Of a stretch of DNA of 64,000 nucleotides, positions 42,099 to 61,648 are shown in pieces. This DNA is from the human T2T-CHM13v2.0 reference genome, Homo sapiens. The notes under the pieces are model-generated. The model saw only the letters and a list, made by a program, of their open reading frames with translations. It searched no databases and was not told the origin of the DNA. The stretch lies in the NCBI RefSeq assembly GCF_009914755.1, contig NC_060928.1, one strand, 5' to 3'. Each line of letters starts with the position of its first letter. The first letter of the stretch is position 1. The position numbers and the translations under genes are program-made.

Positions 42099-43111
42099 AT
42101 GGGGAAAAAACAGAGCAGAAAAACTGGAAACTCTAAAAAGCAGAGCGCCTCTCCTCCTCCAAAGGAACGCAGTTCCTCACCAGCAACGGAACAAAGCTGG
42201 ATGGAGAATGACTTTGACGAATTGAGAGAAGAAGGCTTCAGACGATCAAACTATTCTGAGCTACAGGAGGAAATTCAAACCAAAGGCAAAGAAGTTAAAA
42301 ACTTTGAAAAAAATTTAGACGAATGTATAACTAGAATAACCAATATAGAGAAGTGCTTAAAGGAGCTGATGGAGCTGAAAGCCAAGGCTCGAGAACTACG
42401 TGAAGAATGCAGAAGCCTCAGGAGCCGATGCGATCAACTGGAAGAAAGGGTATCAGTGATGGAAGATGAAATGAATGAAATGAAGTGAGAATGGAAGTTT
42501 AGAGAAAAAAGAATAAAAAGAAACAAAGCCTCCAAGAAATATGGGACTATGTGAAAAGACCAAATCTACGTCTGATTGGTGTACCTGAAAGTCACGGAGA
42601 GAATGGAACCAAGTTGGAAAACACCCTGCAGGATATTATCCAGGAGAACTTCCCCAATCTAGCAAGGCAGGCCAACATTCAGATTCAGGAAATACAGAGA
42701 ACGCCACAAAGATACTCCTCGAGAAGAGCAACTCCAAGACACATAATTGTCAGATTCACCAAAGTTGAAATGAAGGAAAAAATGTTAAGGGCAGCCAGAG
42801 AGAAAGGTCAGGTTACCCACAAAGGGAAGCCCATCAGACTAACAGCGGATCTCTCGGCAGAAACTCTACAAGCCAGAAGAGAGTGGGGGCCAATATTCAA
42901 CATTCTTAAAGAAAAGAATTTTCAACCCAGAATTTCATATCCAGCCAAACTAAGCCTCATAAGTGAAGGAGAAATAAAATACTTTACAGACAAGCAAATG
43001 CTGAGAGATTTTGTCACCACCAGGCCTGCCCTAAAAGAGCTCCTGAAGGAAGCACTAAACATGGAAAGGAACAACTGGTACCAGCTGCTGCAAAATCATG
43101 CCAAATTGTAA
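42099..43111 (+). pseudogene. ORF1: L1 ORF1p (RNA-binding chaperone), disrupted
   Basis: MGKKQSRKTGNSK...LQNHAKL. Premature TGA at 42486-42488 and a frameshift before 42551. Confidence 0.97.
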
Positions 43112-43174
43112 AGACCATCGAGACTAGGAAGAAACTGCATCAACTAACGAGCAAAATAACCAGCTAACATCATA

Positions 43175-46998
<3,824 letters not shown>

Positions 46999-47739
46999 AC
47001 AATGAGAACACATGGACACAGGAAGGGGAACATCACACTCTGGGGACTGTTGTGGGGTGAGGGGACGGGGGAGGGATAGCATTAGGAGATATACCTAATG
47101 CTAAGTGACGCATTAATGGGTGCAGCATACCAGCATGGCACATGTATATATATGTAACTAACCTGCTCGTTGTGCACATGTACCCTAAAACTTAAAGTAT
47201 AATAATAATAATAATAAAAAATAAAGTAAAAAAGTTTTTAGGAAATACTCCTTTATTGCAGCGCGATGCTCCTCTCTGGATATTTGTATGCCAATTTATT
47301 TAAGAATTATTGTTAAAATTTTTCATTCTGAAAGAAAAATAATAGCAAAAGAACTTGTCCCTGAGGACATCTAAATTGTAAATGAGCAAATCTTTAAACA
47401 AAAAAAGCCAGCACCATTAAAACAAGGCATAATACTTTCCCTATAGCACATATTAGTTTTTCCAAAAATAACATTATCACTCATTTCCTTTAGCTTCAGT
47501 TGTTGATTAACATAAATATATATTTTTAAGTTCTCATTTGGTAATTACTAGATCTTTTCTAAGTGACTAATTTCTTAGCCATAAATCATATATTTTCACG
47601 TGATGGACTGGATTATTTCTAAAAATTGCTGTCAGGCAGAGAAAGCAGAGTCTTAAACCTTAATTCTAGCTGCTGGTCATTTTTTTTTTTAAATAGATGA
47701 GTATGTTGATGTAGAAAATGTCTTTTTATATCAACTTAA

Positions 47740-48175
<436 letters not shown>

Positions 48176-48518
48176 GAAATATTTCTTCCAATCAAGAAAG
48201 CTTATCATTATCCATTCAGAAGAATTTAAAAATTATCATAAATCCCAATCTGGAAGCATGTTATGGCAGGAATTTTTCAGCAAAGCAAATGAAATTCTCT
48301 ATTACACTGACTAAGAAAACGGAAACGGTTTTTGCTAAATGGAACATGACATCATCTTGTGACACTAGAGTCCTCACAAATAGAAGTGTATGTGATAAAA
48401 CAGTGTGTTTTACTCACCAAAACTTTGCTGATTTGCTCATATGTAAAAATTGTTTCTCTTTTTAGGATCAATATATTTACTGTAAAACCTACTAGTCTCT
48501 TTATTATAAAAATTTTCA

Positions 48519-48804
<286 letters not shown>

Positions 48805-49394
48805 TCATTAATATAATATTGACACAACTTTCACAATGTCTGCATGTCACCTCTATGATTATTTACTTAGTATTTTTTTGTATTTAAAGTTCTTTCTTTA
48901 AAACGAAATCAATTTATTTGCATAGAAAACTTTATAGCATGTCCATAAAAATGACTTGGAATATACAAGAAAACTACTAAAATAATGAAACCCATAGTGT
49001 GCATTCCCTATGCCTGTTTAAGAGCCCTGTGCTCATTTAAGGTGTCCCACTGTGGGTTCTGCAGTATAGTTTTCTAAGTCTTCCTGCTGAGAAAAATTTA
49101 AGTTACATCAGGTGCTAAGATTTGGTTATCATGATCTTGTTGGTTGGTTAAACTGGGTTTATTTTGAACATGGGAGAAGAAAATTGTTTTAATGATTGAA
49201 AATGTTTTCATATGAATACAAAAGCAAAGCAGACAAAACCAGCCTAGGAAGAAACTAAGCTATTTGGAGAAGGAAGATTACTTTATGAGCACTGATAAAA
49301 TGCAATAAATTGATCCAGAATCTAGCAAAGTGTGGGTACTGGTGAAAAAGTTCAGAGGGATTCGTTGTTAAGGCGCTTGTAGCTTATTCTGAAT

Positions 49395-50330
49395 AATAAT
49401 TCATTTGTTATAATATATTTTAACACATTGAGTATCAAATATGTATCATGCACTATGTTATGCAGTCTTTGAAAAAATGGTCATGAAGAAAGACCCCATG
49501 TCTATTGGAGGAGGCAGATGGAGAACTGCTGCTTTGTGGGGAATTAAAAAAAGTGTAGAACATAGAATCTAGGAGTCAGGGAAGACTCCCAGGTGATGTA
49601 AACTGGGTCTTCAAGGATGCATAGGAGTCAGTCAAGACAAGGAGGAGGAAGAAAGGATCCCAAAAAGCAGTTGTTTGTGTGGGAAAGAGAGTTTCTGGGG
49701 TGCCAGTTGAGTTGGTCTCCCCTGTGTGAGACACCCATGGGGAGCCATGGGCGGCCTCTGAGGAGAAAAGTCTCCTTTTTGCTTTCATGTCTTTATGCCC
49801 CGAGAGCATAACCGCTCAGCGGCATTCCGCAGGTAGCTCAGGGAGATAACACTCCCTTGAAGCAGTGGAGTATAATCAAACATCTTGGCTCCTCCTGAAA
49901 CCTGCTCCCACCCGTTTTAAGTAGTTTAGACACATGGCTTTGCTCAAGGAAATTCACAGAAACCGCCACTGCTATACATCTTATCCAATGACTCACGAGT
50001 TCTCCTCCACTGATTAATCATTTTCCTCATCCTTTCCTCCCCGTCCCATGTGCCCTAAGAACAAAGAGCTTGTAAACCAATAAATTGGGCGGAGCCTGAG
50101 AGCTCTGGGCCCTGAGCAAGCCTCCGACACTCCGGTCCCCTGGACCCGCGTTTTAAACGTTTATTCTGTCTCCTTCTAACTCCTTTGTCTCCGCCGGACT
50201 CGGGGTACCCGCTGGGTGGTGTGGGGCTGGTTTCCCCAACAGGTTTGTGCAAAGCAGGAGGTACACTGAAAGACATACAAAGAGCATCACATAGCCTGAA
50301 GCATAATGTGCATGTGGTGGCGTGGCTTGG
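49395..50330 (-). mobile_element. L2 fragment split by the LTR14
   Basis: L2-like 3' sequence on both sides of the LTR. Confidence 0.55.
49678..50241 (+). mobile_element. HERV-K LTR14-family solo LTR (LTR14B/C-like)
   Basis: tgtgggaaagagag...tttccccaaca ends. AATAAA at 50079. 6-bp TSD tgtttg/ggtttg. Confidence 0.85.
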
Positions 50331-53300
50331 CACAGATTCTAAGATGTGAAAGAAAGACCTCAGAGACGTAGTAGCAGCGTCTTTTTAAAAATATGGAATT
50401 AAACTTAACCACCAGGGTAATCATTAGAGATGGTAATTCCTTCTTAGAAAGTCTACTCAAATTTTTGTATTTAATATTATTTTCAAAAAATTGATGCAAT
50501 TAATTGCAGTATTTTGCAAATAAAAACTGATCATCTTGCTTTATACACAGGATAAATGGATTTTGAAGGAGACATTGTTAGGAAAACGGATATGATGCAA
50601 TAGATGCATGGTCAGTGTAACTAGGGGCTAAGGGTGCAGGTATGAAAATAGAAAAGAAAGAAAATATCAGAAAGATCACAGAAAGTATGTGATCAGAGTC
50701 AGGCTTTATTCTGGAGTAAAAGAGAGATTTGGTTCTCTAGTACATTAAATTAACTGATATTTTAAAGTCAACAAAGAGAGGGGATGCTGTTGGAATTGAG
50801 GGAATGAGGGCAAAATAGCAGTTTTTGAGTGAATTTAGGAGATAAGAATAAAGAAGTGAAGAGAAAAATGATTGGATGTCACAGAGTTTTACAATAAAAG
50901 TTATACAGATGATTATTAACCTTCTTATCTCTTTAGCAGTGAGTAAGTGGGTTGAAAAAAATTGATCTCGAAAGTAAGGTTCTTGTTACTAAAAATCCAA
51001 GGTTAAAATTGTGCTACAATTTGAATATGGAAATGCTCATCTGAGAATGTTTGGGTAATCAAACATATGTGTACTTTACTTTGTTTCTGGACCATCTGTT
51101 ATTTTTATTAGTAAAGAAGCATTTAGCTGATTCTTTCTAAGGTAATTATGTCTAATTAAATATATCAGATATCTACAACTTATTAACTTTAAAATATTTC
51201 CAATGTATTGCCACTTGTATACTGAAATGATAGAGGTCTAATAACAAAATTACAGGAAGAATAAGTAAATAATTGACAAGGTTGAGAAATTAAAATGTAA
51301 TACAAATATTCACATTTCCTTTTCCTACTCTGGAAAACTTTCAGATCAGTTACTCTAAAATACTCAGTGATAACACTCAAAATAGTTCTTGAACAAAAAC
51401 AGTAATTGTCTATTAATTAAGTGAAGATAAATGAGTGAATGGCTCAGGTTGTCTGTGATGACTGATATATTCAGTCAATAGAAACTCATGTTAATTCCAT
51501 TTAGATCTGAAACAAATCAACTTTCAAGATTTTAATATAATCTGTTTGTATAGAAATTATCTTACTTTAAAGCTTTTTATTTCTTATGTTCTGTGTTGAA
51601 TACATTGTAAACACAACCATAGTGAGAATGTCTTCTTTTTTTTCTTTTAGAAAAGTTATAGAAATATAAGAAAAATAACTTTTGTACATTTAGAGAGTAA
51701 TAAGGATGATAGAGAGGAAAATAAACTATATATTAATAATATTCTTCACAATGGCTTTCAGAAAACCAATGCCCACATTTTTTTTCTGCAAAAAGAGGAG
51801 TGTCTCTTGAATCAAAGTAGTTTATATGAAGTAAGAATTATTGATAAAAACTAAATGTTCATTTATGAAAATGATTGCACTGTTTTCTTAATTGGTTACC
51901 ATAAGGAGATCCTGAAAATATCAAATGATGAGTTGAGATTATTGAAATAATAAAATAGGTGACAGTATGACTTACATGGACACACTTTAACTTATATAAC
52001 AGAAATGAGACTCTCATAAATCACAGTGGGTGATACAATTTGTGAATAATTGCTATCTCAGAGGGTCATGAATAAAGCCGGATGATTTCAACTCATGGTA
52101 GAATTTATAAAAGCCTTATTTGGAGCAGGCATTTCTCACAGCAAGTAGAGATAGAAAATGCATCAATTTCTATAGTCTTAAACTGCACTGTAAACAATAT
52201 CAAGATTACACAAAGTATTAACTTACAAATCCAAAGAATAAAATAAAAATGTCTCTTGTAGCTCAAGACAATATCTGAGAAATGTAAGTTAAATAAAACT
52301 TTGGCAAAATCAAAAGTGATTTGTGTAGGTATACAAAGCATGTTGGTCGAGGAACTAGAATTTGAATGCCAAGTATTCTGATTTTTTATGCTTTACTTAG
52401 CCACCTTAACTATTAGTTGGATAGATAGTAACTATACAAGGCATGCATTTGTATATATCTCTATTTAGATACATACACACATGCACATGTAACATAAAAC
52501 AGATAACATGACATATAATATGTTGTTATATAATCATTACGTATGTGTGCAACAAAATGAAGAATATAATAGTCTATAATTTTGTAAGTTTGTGACAATA
52601 TTTGAGTAACAATGGAATTTAAAAACAAAATTCTCACTATATATTTGCTGCAATTTCCTTAAGAATTTCAAAACAGTTCAAGTTTCAGTTAACATACCCA
52701 CAAGGTCAAAAAGGTACAAACAAGATTACAATACTATTTTTTCTGTCATTTCCCGGAACGTTCATTAATGAAGAATACATTATCTTTTTTTTTGCCAAGT
52801 GTTTTACAGGGTGCTGATTGTGGTAACAAGAACCCAAAGAGGTCTTGATGTTTGCAAATTAAGTTAGGTAAACCTTTTCTGATAAAAGTTAATATATTCA
52901 GTGAAAATGGCAAGTGGTTTTCAATTCCTAGATTTTGAGTATTGCCTTCAATGTCTATTGTATAAAATGCATAACTAAATTTAAATGCTTCCCATGTTAC
53001 ATTATTTATTCCTAAAGAATATTGTCTGCACATTTTGGAATGAGGTTAGGTTTATTTGAATGTTGTTTAAATTAATCACTGTCTTCATGCTTCTTCTTCC
53101 TTTTTCATTGGGTATTGTGTGTTTTGAAAGTTAAGCTTTTAAAGAAAGGCCTTTGGAAGTGTGCTATCACATTTTTGCCAAACCAAAAATGAATGACAAA
53201 GAATGTGTATGTATTCCAGGAATGTGTATGTATTCATAGACCCACACGCTTATGTGACTGGTAGTATATAGATAAAATGATAATACTGAATACTTTTGGT

Positions 53301-53426
53301 GTGAGAAATCTTAGTTAATGATTGTTTTCTTCTCCTGGTCTGTGTTTTCTATAGGGAGCATGAATTATATTTTGTTAGAGAGGGAATACATATCATTTTT
53401 TAGACACAAAAAGCTATGGTAGATCA

Positions 53427-53435
<9 letters not shown>

Positions 53436-53457
<22 letters not shown>
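53436..53457. repeat. Poly(A) tract
   Basis: Seen directly in the sequence. Confidence 0.9.
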
Positions 53458-54011
53458 GGCTGTTTTTAAAAAAGAAAATTCCCTGAAAGTAGGACTATTC
53501 TAGTTACCATAAATAATGTAAAAAGTCTGGTAGGCAAAGAAAGTTTTTGTATATCTACATAGGATAATGAAATATAAAAATGCTTAGGAAGATTAATGAG
53601 ATGATTCAGCTGCTGAAACCCATATAAATGCAATATGCTGCGGTTGGCTTTAATGTCTGATGTATACAAATTGCTGATGAGTAAAAAGAATAACTGCATC
53701 AACTTTTAGCAACTCTGAAATTTATAGTTAGTATGCATATCTTTGATAAGTACTTTAAATGCCATGAAATGTCCAGTCATGAAGTAATGTTCTGTTTATA
53801 CAGTCTCACACTCACTAGTTAGAATTAACAATACCTTTCTGGTTTGAAATCCACTTAACTTTTATCTCTTAGCTATAGAAGATATTTTGCTTAAATCTTG
53901 CACTTTGGTACTTCAAAACTTCATGTTAAGTGAAGTGTCAAAGAGTTAAACAATTGAAATATCATAACACTTCATATTCACTTGGGACATTCATTTGTTA
54001 AGAATAGGAAT

Positions 54012-54355
54012 TGTCGCAGAGTCGGTGCCATTTTCTGGCTCGTGTCCTGGGTACGCATAGAAGATTTTTACCAGCCTCCCGTTGGTTAAGATGGGATTGT
54101 GTGACCAGGTCCTTGTCGGTTAAGAGTCGGTGTGAGATTTTAGTACAACCTTTCCTCTCTTGTGGCTTGAAGTGAAGTGTTCTGAGGTGCGACAGTTTCT
54201 GTAGAGATGCAATCTGGACCCCAGAGTGAGTGGAAAGCTGTAAAGGAGGGTCTCCTCACCCACAGTGGAAACTTAAGTGGGCCAGCCATAAATCTGAGTT
54301 TAATAAGATTCCAGGGTTGATTCTCTGGCATAGCTCACCTCACCTTAATGAATAC
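54012..54355 (+). mobile_element. MLT1 (MLT1I/J-like) LTR
   Basis: TG...'taatgaataca' ends and 'ccagcctccc.ttggttaagatgggattgtgtgac'. Confidence 0.65.
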
Positions 54356-55663
54356 AAGTACATTAATTAATAGTTAAGTAAACAATGCGCTTCTGTTATT
54401 CCCCTAATACTAACGTGTTTGGCGTTAGGTAGCATCATACTTTTTTTCATAATAAAGTTTATTTTTCAACACTCAGCAAACTTATTTGATCCTTTCTTTG
54501 TCCAAAGCACACAGAAGTACACCCCCTTATTATACTCTGTCTTTCCCCAAGGAATTGTATTAGGTAGGAAAAATATAGCCCATTCAATAAAAGAAATTGC
54601 TTTTTCTGCATTCTAAGCCATAGTGTATCGTTTATTTTAGCCATGATTCTACTGTTTGGGAAATATATTGATTAATCTTTTTTAGGTTATTCGGGAAGGG
54701 GGAAAAGTAGGCATAGTATAGTAGTCTAGAGAAGTTTAGATAAAATAACTTACTGTGTATAATAAGTAACAGGAATTTAGGGTTTGAGAATTTGGGACTG
54801 GTAGTCTGAGCAAAATCAGATGAGACATCTGATAACTAGCAAGAACGAGATCTCCAGAGAGGGCAGATTTTCAGAGTGAAAAGAAAGGTAGAAGTAGCAT
54901 CCAGTTTTATAACATTTTCCTGTTTTAAATTATTCTCAATTAGATGAAACCTTCAGTTAAAGTCTACCACACATGATAATCTCATTACTGAAAGTGTGAA
55001 GAGTAAAGGAAGTGGTTTGGTATCCAGTGGTGAGACAGTGGTATAGAAAGAGGGCAAGGGCTCCAGGAAAGAAAAAATGGTTTGTTACTAGGCAATCATC
55101 AAGAAATTGACTGCAGTGTGGGCTGGCTCAGAGGTAAACCAGAGAAAAGCTGTCTCTTGACAGACAAGTAGAAGGTAGTTATTGAGGGAATAAGAATGCA
55201 GAAGGATGCAGGCTGAAATTCCCACAGCTCCTAGAGTATTTCTTTTGTGTATTAAAGGAAGAAATGATCTCAAAGCTGGAAGAGTTGGAGATATATAGGT
55301 AAAAGTTCTTTACCTCTTTTATTTTTAACCATGTATTTTGTTGCTTAGTAACATTTGCCACTTTTTAAAACCTCATTTCAAAGTGACCAATTTAAGAGTG
55401 CATTTAAAGGAATTATATTTTAAATTTAATACCATTGTAAACCAAAAAGAACTTAATAGAATTTATATATTTTATATATATACACAAACATATGCATAAT
55501 GTATAATATATATAATAGGTAGACTATATAATTAAATATGTTTTTATGTCCACAGAGCAGGGAATTCTGTATGTAAATTTTTCCCACTTTTCAGTAAGAA
55601 TTATTATATATAAATCTTTTTCTTCTACAATATACAATTGACATCTATTTCACTCTGTCTAGA

Positions 55664-56020
55664 CAGCATCAGAATAAAGTAAGAGCTCAGTTTCTGGAGT
55701 CAGGATGTCTATATTCAAATCATAGCTACATGACTCAGAAAAAGTTACTTAACTTCCCACTGCTTTAAATTCTTCATCTGCGAAATGAAGATAATGATAG
55801 TATATTCGTCTTATGGATTTTGTGAGGATTAAATTGAATAATAATTATACATATACATTTCCTGGTATAGTCTCAGTTTTATACCAGTTTTCCCTGTGTA
55901 AAGTTTAAGAGCAACAGCTTTCATTTTCTGAAATTTAGTATATACACAGCTACATATAAAGGTTTCAGAAATATGACTAGTCTAAAATAAATGCGTATCT
56001 ACATTAGCTAATTTATTACT
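55664..56020 (+). mobile_element. MIR with a probable MER81-like insert at ~55850-55952
   Basis: 'aagttacttaacttc', 'ttcttcatctgcgaaatgaagataat', 'tgtgaggattaaat'. Confidence 0.7.
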
Positions 56021-56264
56021 ACTACTATGTATAGATTGATTTTAAGATTACTAATACTATTAATATCTCTTTTATAAGAATTGCATTAAGTTGAAAATTT
56101 AAGGATGCTTTTTTCTACCTTTCCTAACTTGGACATCATAAGCCATCATATGAAAGGAGGTTCATCTACATGTTATTTCTATTTTGAATGATTCTTATCA
56201 TGTGTCCTAATTAATATTTATAAATGTATTTCCTGCTTAAGTAATCAAAATATATGAAGATGGT

Positions 56265-56510
56265 TGCATCAGATAAGATTGCATGCTGCAAATGTAGAAA
56301 AACACAAGGCAATTTGGCTTATAATGAGATAAAGACAAATATATCTAATAACTGGAAAGCTTAGAACAAGATCTAAATCTGGATAAAGCTTGTTCCAACC
56401 AGTAAGTCAAGATTCTTCACCAAGAACCTTCGTTCTGTACACATCTCAGCCTTCATCAATATTGACTTCATCCTCAAGCTTGACTTAGTGGTTTGCAGCA
56501 GGTCCAACCT
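56265..56510 (-). mobile_element. LTR33-like ERVL LTR fragment
   Basis: 'gctgcaaatgtagaaaaac', 'tggcttataa', 'ttgacttcatcctcaagc'. Confidence 0.5.
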
Positions 56511-57566
56511 CCCATACAAGGCCATTGCTGAAGAAACACATTGCAACACTTGAACACTCTAGTATTCTCTCTTCTTTATATTAGTATTTGCATACTTTGT
56601 AACTAAATTTGCAGTACTGATGATACTAAAGTGAATAATGTTATGTCTTATAGGCTCATGACCATGGCTGGTAGCATTACAAATGGCCTCAGTTCACTTT
56701 TTTCACACTGATACTTAGCTTTGTTTTTTTCCTCTTATATTCCACTTTGACTTACCCTCCCTTCTGAATGCAGCAGGGTGTCTTTTTTAATCTGTTGCTG
56801 TGCCTTATATTTTGATTTTAGAATCAGGTACAGTTGCTCCAATACATGCTGCATTGTGTCCTTGACATTTATATTTTGCTCCTGGAATTTCTTCAGTTAT
56901 TTTGTAGAATCTTATTTAGTATTTGTGGGAAATGTTTTCTTCTATAGGCTGAATCTCACCCACAGAATTTTCCTTAAGAATATGTGCAAAGGCAGAGTAT
57001 TGGCAACTGTTTCAAATGTTTCATTCATATCTACGCCTCACTGCTCAAATCTCTCCAAAAATTTAGTGTATGATTCAATGTTCAAAGGTGCTGGATTCTC
57101 ATTAATTATATTATTCTATCAAGTAGTTAACCATCATTTTATAGTATTTCATCTAATTCCAAAGAAACAAAACTTACATAGTTAAATATGTGGCTACCAA
57201 AATTGTATTATGAACCAGTAATGTATTCTAGAATATATTATGTGATACAATATATGATATAAACTCTCATTAAATATAGCATTGTGAACAGTATATTTTG
57301 CAAGATGTTAAAAGAGCAGTATTAACTTCCATATCACAAGTCACCCCTTATGTTTTCTTTTTTTGGTTGGTAGTGTTATAAATTTGTCTATCAATATCTG
57401 AGTGGTGCAGCAGTATAGCAAGATTCTAGTAACACAAAATGCATGTCCTACTTTTATGTGTTTACTAATCAAAACAATCCTTTGATTAAAGATCTTTAAA
57501 GCATCAGTTACTTGATTTTCAGCATTCATCAGAAACATTCTACATAATTTCTTCCAAGGCCAATAA

Positions 57567-57935
57567 CAGTCTGCACCACATAATCATACTTCCATCAGCA
57601 ACAGGCCACATACACCATGGTGTTCCCATGAGATTATGATGGAGCTGAAAAATTCGTATTACCTAGTGATGTAGCTGTTTTAGTGTCATCACACAATGCA
57701 TTACCTTTTCTTTGTTTAGATACACAAATACCATTGTGTTACAATTGCTTAGAGTGTTCAGTATTGTAACACACTGTACAGATTTGCAGCCTAGGAACAA
57801 TAAATGATACCACCTAGGCTAGTTGTAGAGTAGGCAATGCCATGTGTATGTACACTGTGATGTTTGCACAAGGACAAAATCACCTAATGATACATTTCTC
57901 AAAATGTATCACTGTCATTAAGCAATGTATGACTG
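57567..57935 (+). mobile_element. Tigger3 (Golem/MER7) MITE
   Basis: cagtc...gactg inverted termini and 'gatacacaaataccattgtgttacaattgc'. Confidence 0.85.
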
Positions 57936-58426
57936 TACTACATAAAATCTCATGTACCTTTATATTGACAGGGTAAACATTTTATTTACTCTCTCAATAC
58001 CCATTTCAGAACTTAAGTTAAAAAATCTCAATATGGTTTATTTAATATAAAACCAAGTTAATTCTTGAATTTTAAAATGTTATAAAAACACTAACAGATA
58101 TGTATGTGAATATTTATGCTGCTCAATATATGGAAACAAGTATTTGGAAGTTAAGCAATCTTGTTGAAATAAGGACCCATGATTATTTTCCTTTTATGAC
58201 TCATTATAACCAGAGTGTTGTAAGTTGTAGTAAACTAGTTTACATTTTAGTTTATATTTGTTCTAATATGTCATTCTCATTTTGGTGTTAGTTTTCATTT
58301 CAACTGTTATTCTAGTTATGAAATCATTTTAGTTTTATTTCTAGCTAGATGAAGTAATTGTGCATTCCTATATGAATTCTTATTGTTGAATCTAAACACA
58401 AAAGATGATTATAATACGAATAACCA

Positions 58427-58507
58427 ACAAATTGCAACAAGTAATAACTTGAGGACAAATTGTAAGAAGTAATAACTTGAGGACAAATTGTAACAAGTAA
58501 TAACTTG
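58427..58507. repeat. Minisatellite, 28-bp unit x~2.9
   Basis: acaaattgtaacaagtaataacttgagg units start at 58427, 58455 and 58483. Confidence 0.95.
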
Positions 58508-59149
58508 CAGCAATGGGAAATGAAAATATTGGATTTATATTAGGTTTCATTTGTTGTCATTATTGCAAATTAAAATTGATATTTTGGTTTAATTTGTTTT
58601 AGAACAGCTGCCATTAATTATATTAATAAGCAATTCTCTTACAAAACTCAGAAAAAGTTATTTGATGACTTAGCTCTAACCACCATACTCATCATTATAG
58701 GCAACTGAACTCTCCAGGGAATAAACACTGATGGAGTGATTCATTTCATCTCAGCCTTTAGACCTACTATGTAAGAATGTTTCCTCAGGAGAACTCACTG
58801 TATGCTTAATTGTTCTTAATCCCATAGCAAAGGGGAAAACAAAATGAATTGAAACATGAAATAACTAAATGTGTATTCTACCATTTTAAAACTCTAGTCT
58901 TCGTTTGGTTTCTTCCCAACTCGCCCTTTGCAATTGTGCAACAAATAAAAGTGATAATAATGGAGCTTGAAGGTACATCTGAGAAGGCTAGATCCTCACA
59001 GAATCTTTAAATCCAATAATGGGTGTAAAAAGTCATTATTGCTGACTCCAAATGATAAGAGAAGTCTCTGCAAAAGAGAAGCCATAGAAAAAGACTGTTG
59101 ACTCCAGGTGAGCAATGGGAGTGAATTTAAATGTTGTCAATTTAGGAAG

Positions 59150-60000
59150 ACCATAGGAATCTCCATTGGCGGATCAAGATGCTCCCCTATTTTACAGTGG
59201 CAGAAGGCTTTAGTTTTGCATTGAGAACTCTAGAAATAGAAACCTCAAACCCAATCCCCATCAGATAGTAGTAACTGAATAAACTTTTGGGTCCACAAAA
59301 TCAGAAATAGCAGTACATTTCTATGTAGCTAATCTGTCACAGAACAAGAGATGCCAAACATGAGACTTGAACAGGCATTTGATGATGTTTGAGGAAAAAC
59401 ATGCATGAACATGTAAAAAGTAGAGATTCAGTAAGGCGATGAGTAAAAACAAATTAAAAATTAGTAAAGAAAGATCCTGTGGAATCAGCAACAATGAAAC
59501 TCAAAGAAGAAAATTTTAACAAGAAACAAAACAGATTTCCAAGGATTTTTGATTACAGCCCAAAAGGTTACATAAGACAACAATAACAAAACAAAAGCAA
59601 ACAGTCTTTTGAAAGAAATGTGTCATATCTTGGATAAAAAAACGGAATGTAATCTAAATTAAAAGTGAAAAAACAACTACTGATTTCAAGGACAAACCCC
59701 AGAAAACGGTAACTTAAGTATAAGAAGTCCTAAAAAGATACAAATTAAAGAATGGAGAAGTAATAATTCAATAGATAGTTTTAAAATTTCTTTGAACTGC
59801 AACATGTAAATCTTTGTGTAAAAGGTCTCCCAAGTCTTGAGGAATACAAAGAAAATATATAAATCAACATATGTGACTAACCATAAAAGATAAGCAGAAA
59901 GTTTTACAAGTTTCCATGCAAAAAGAGCAGACTTCTGAAAAAGGAAAAACAATTATGTTAATAATGCTTCATTTGCAATACTGACAGCTACATGACAAAG
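59150..60000 (+). mobile_element. Ancient L1/HAL1 ORF1-region remnant
   Basis: Strong A-rich strand skew and decayed ORF1-like blocks. Confidence 0.45.
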
Positions 60001-60546
60001 TGCCACCTAAACATTATTGCACAAAGAACTACAATACAAAGGTTATGAAAAACAATATGCACTACCAGTGGTAATAAGTATAATAGTCACAAGCCTTATT
60101 TTTAGGAAGCTCATAGTCTTTAAATCAGTATTCTGCTTTTAGCCAATAATACAATAGAGGTACAAAGACTTTTTGCTCTATTATTCACAAAAGCAAAAAG
60201 TTAAAATCTAAATGTTTGCTTAACATTAATCCTTCTAGACTTTCTATTCATGCTTCTCTCTATGAAGTGAATACTCCTGTACTTTCAAACAGCATAATGG
60301 ACCTGCTTAAATTTACAGTTTAAATATTTTATGTTTTCTTGAAGATTTTAACTGTTTTCACCAAAATGCCCAATTTCATTCACCATTTCTGGTGTTCTTC
60401 CATTACTTCTCTTGCCACATTTTATTGCAAATTTTTATTTTCAGTTACGTTCTCCCATTGGAAGAATGTGGAGAAAAAGTGACTTTATTTCTAATTTACT
60501 AGATTCCTACCACTTATTACTACGTTGGGCTTATTTTAAGATGCTT

Positions 60547-60897
<351 letters not shown>

Positions 60898-61343
60898 TTA
60901 ACTGAGTACCCTTTAGGGAAAAAGTTTTAATTCAAATGCTGTTACAGATATTGATGGATTCTACTCGTTTGTTTAGCTATGTTTTTTCAAGTTTCTGCTT
61001 TGCTACATGGGTTGAATTCATATGCATAAAGTATATATAATAAATTAAAATCTATTATTTTAGTAATAGTATGCTAAATATTGGATACATAACTTGATAA
61101 AATATTAATGTTATCCATTTTATAGAATTACAGCTCTTCCATTTATCATTTAGGGTTTTGCCTGATGTCTACACAAATGCCTAAGACTAAAAATAGTCAA
61201 CTTTTTGTTGGCTTTTCAGATCATTAGACAATATATTATTTGAAACCACAATGAAATTTTATATTGCAATCCAAATGTATATTTTTATTTAATTTATTTT
61301 TGAGTTCTCCTGATTAATCTCTTTGCAAATTGTACTAAAATGA

Positions 61344-61648
<305 letters not shown>

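Noticed and set aside
58427-58507. CRISPR-like 28-bp palindromic repeats
   Set aside because: The units are contiguous with no spacers, there are no cas genes, and the context is primate DNA.
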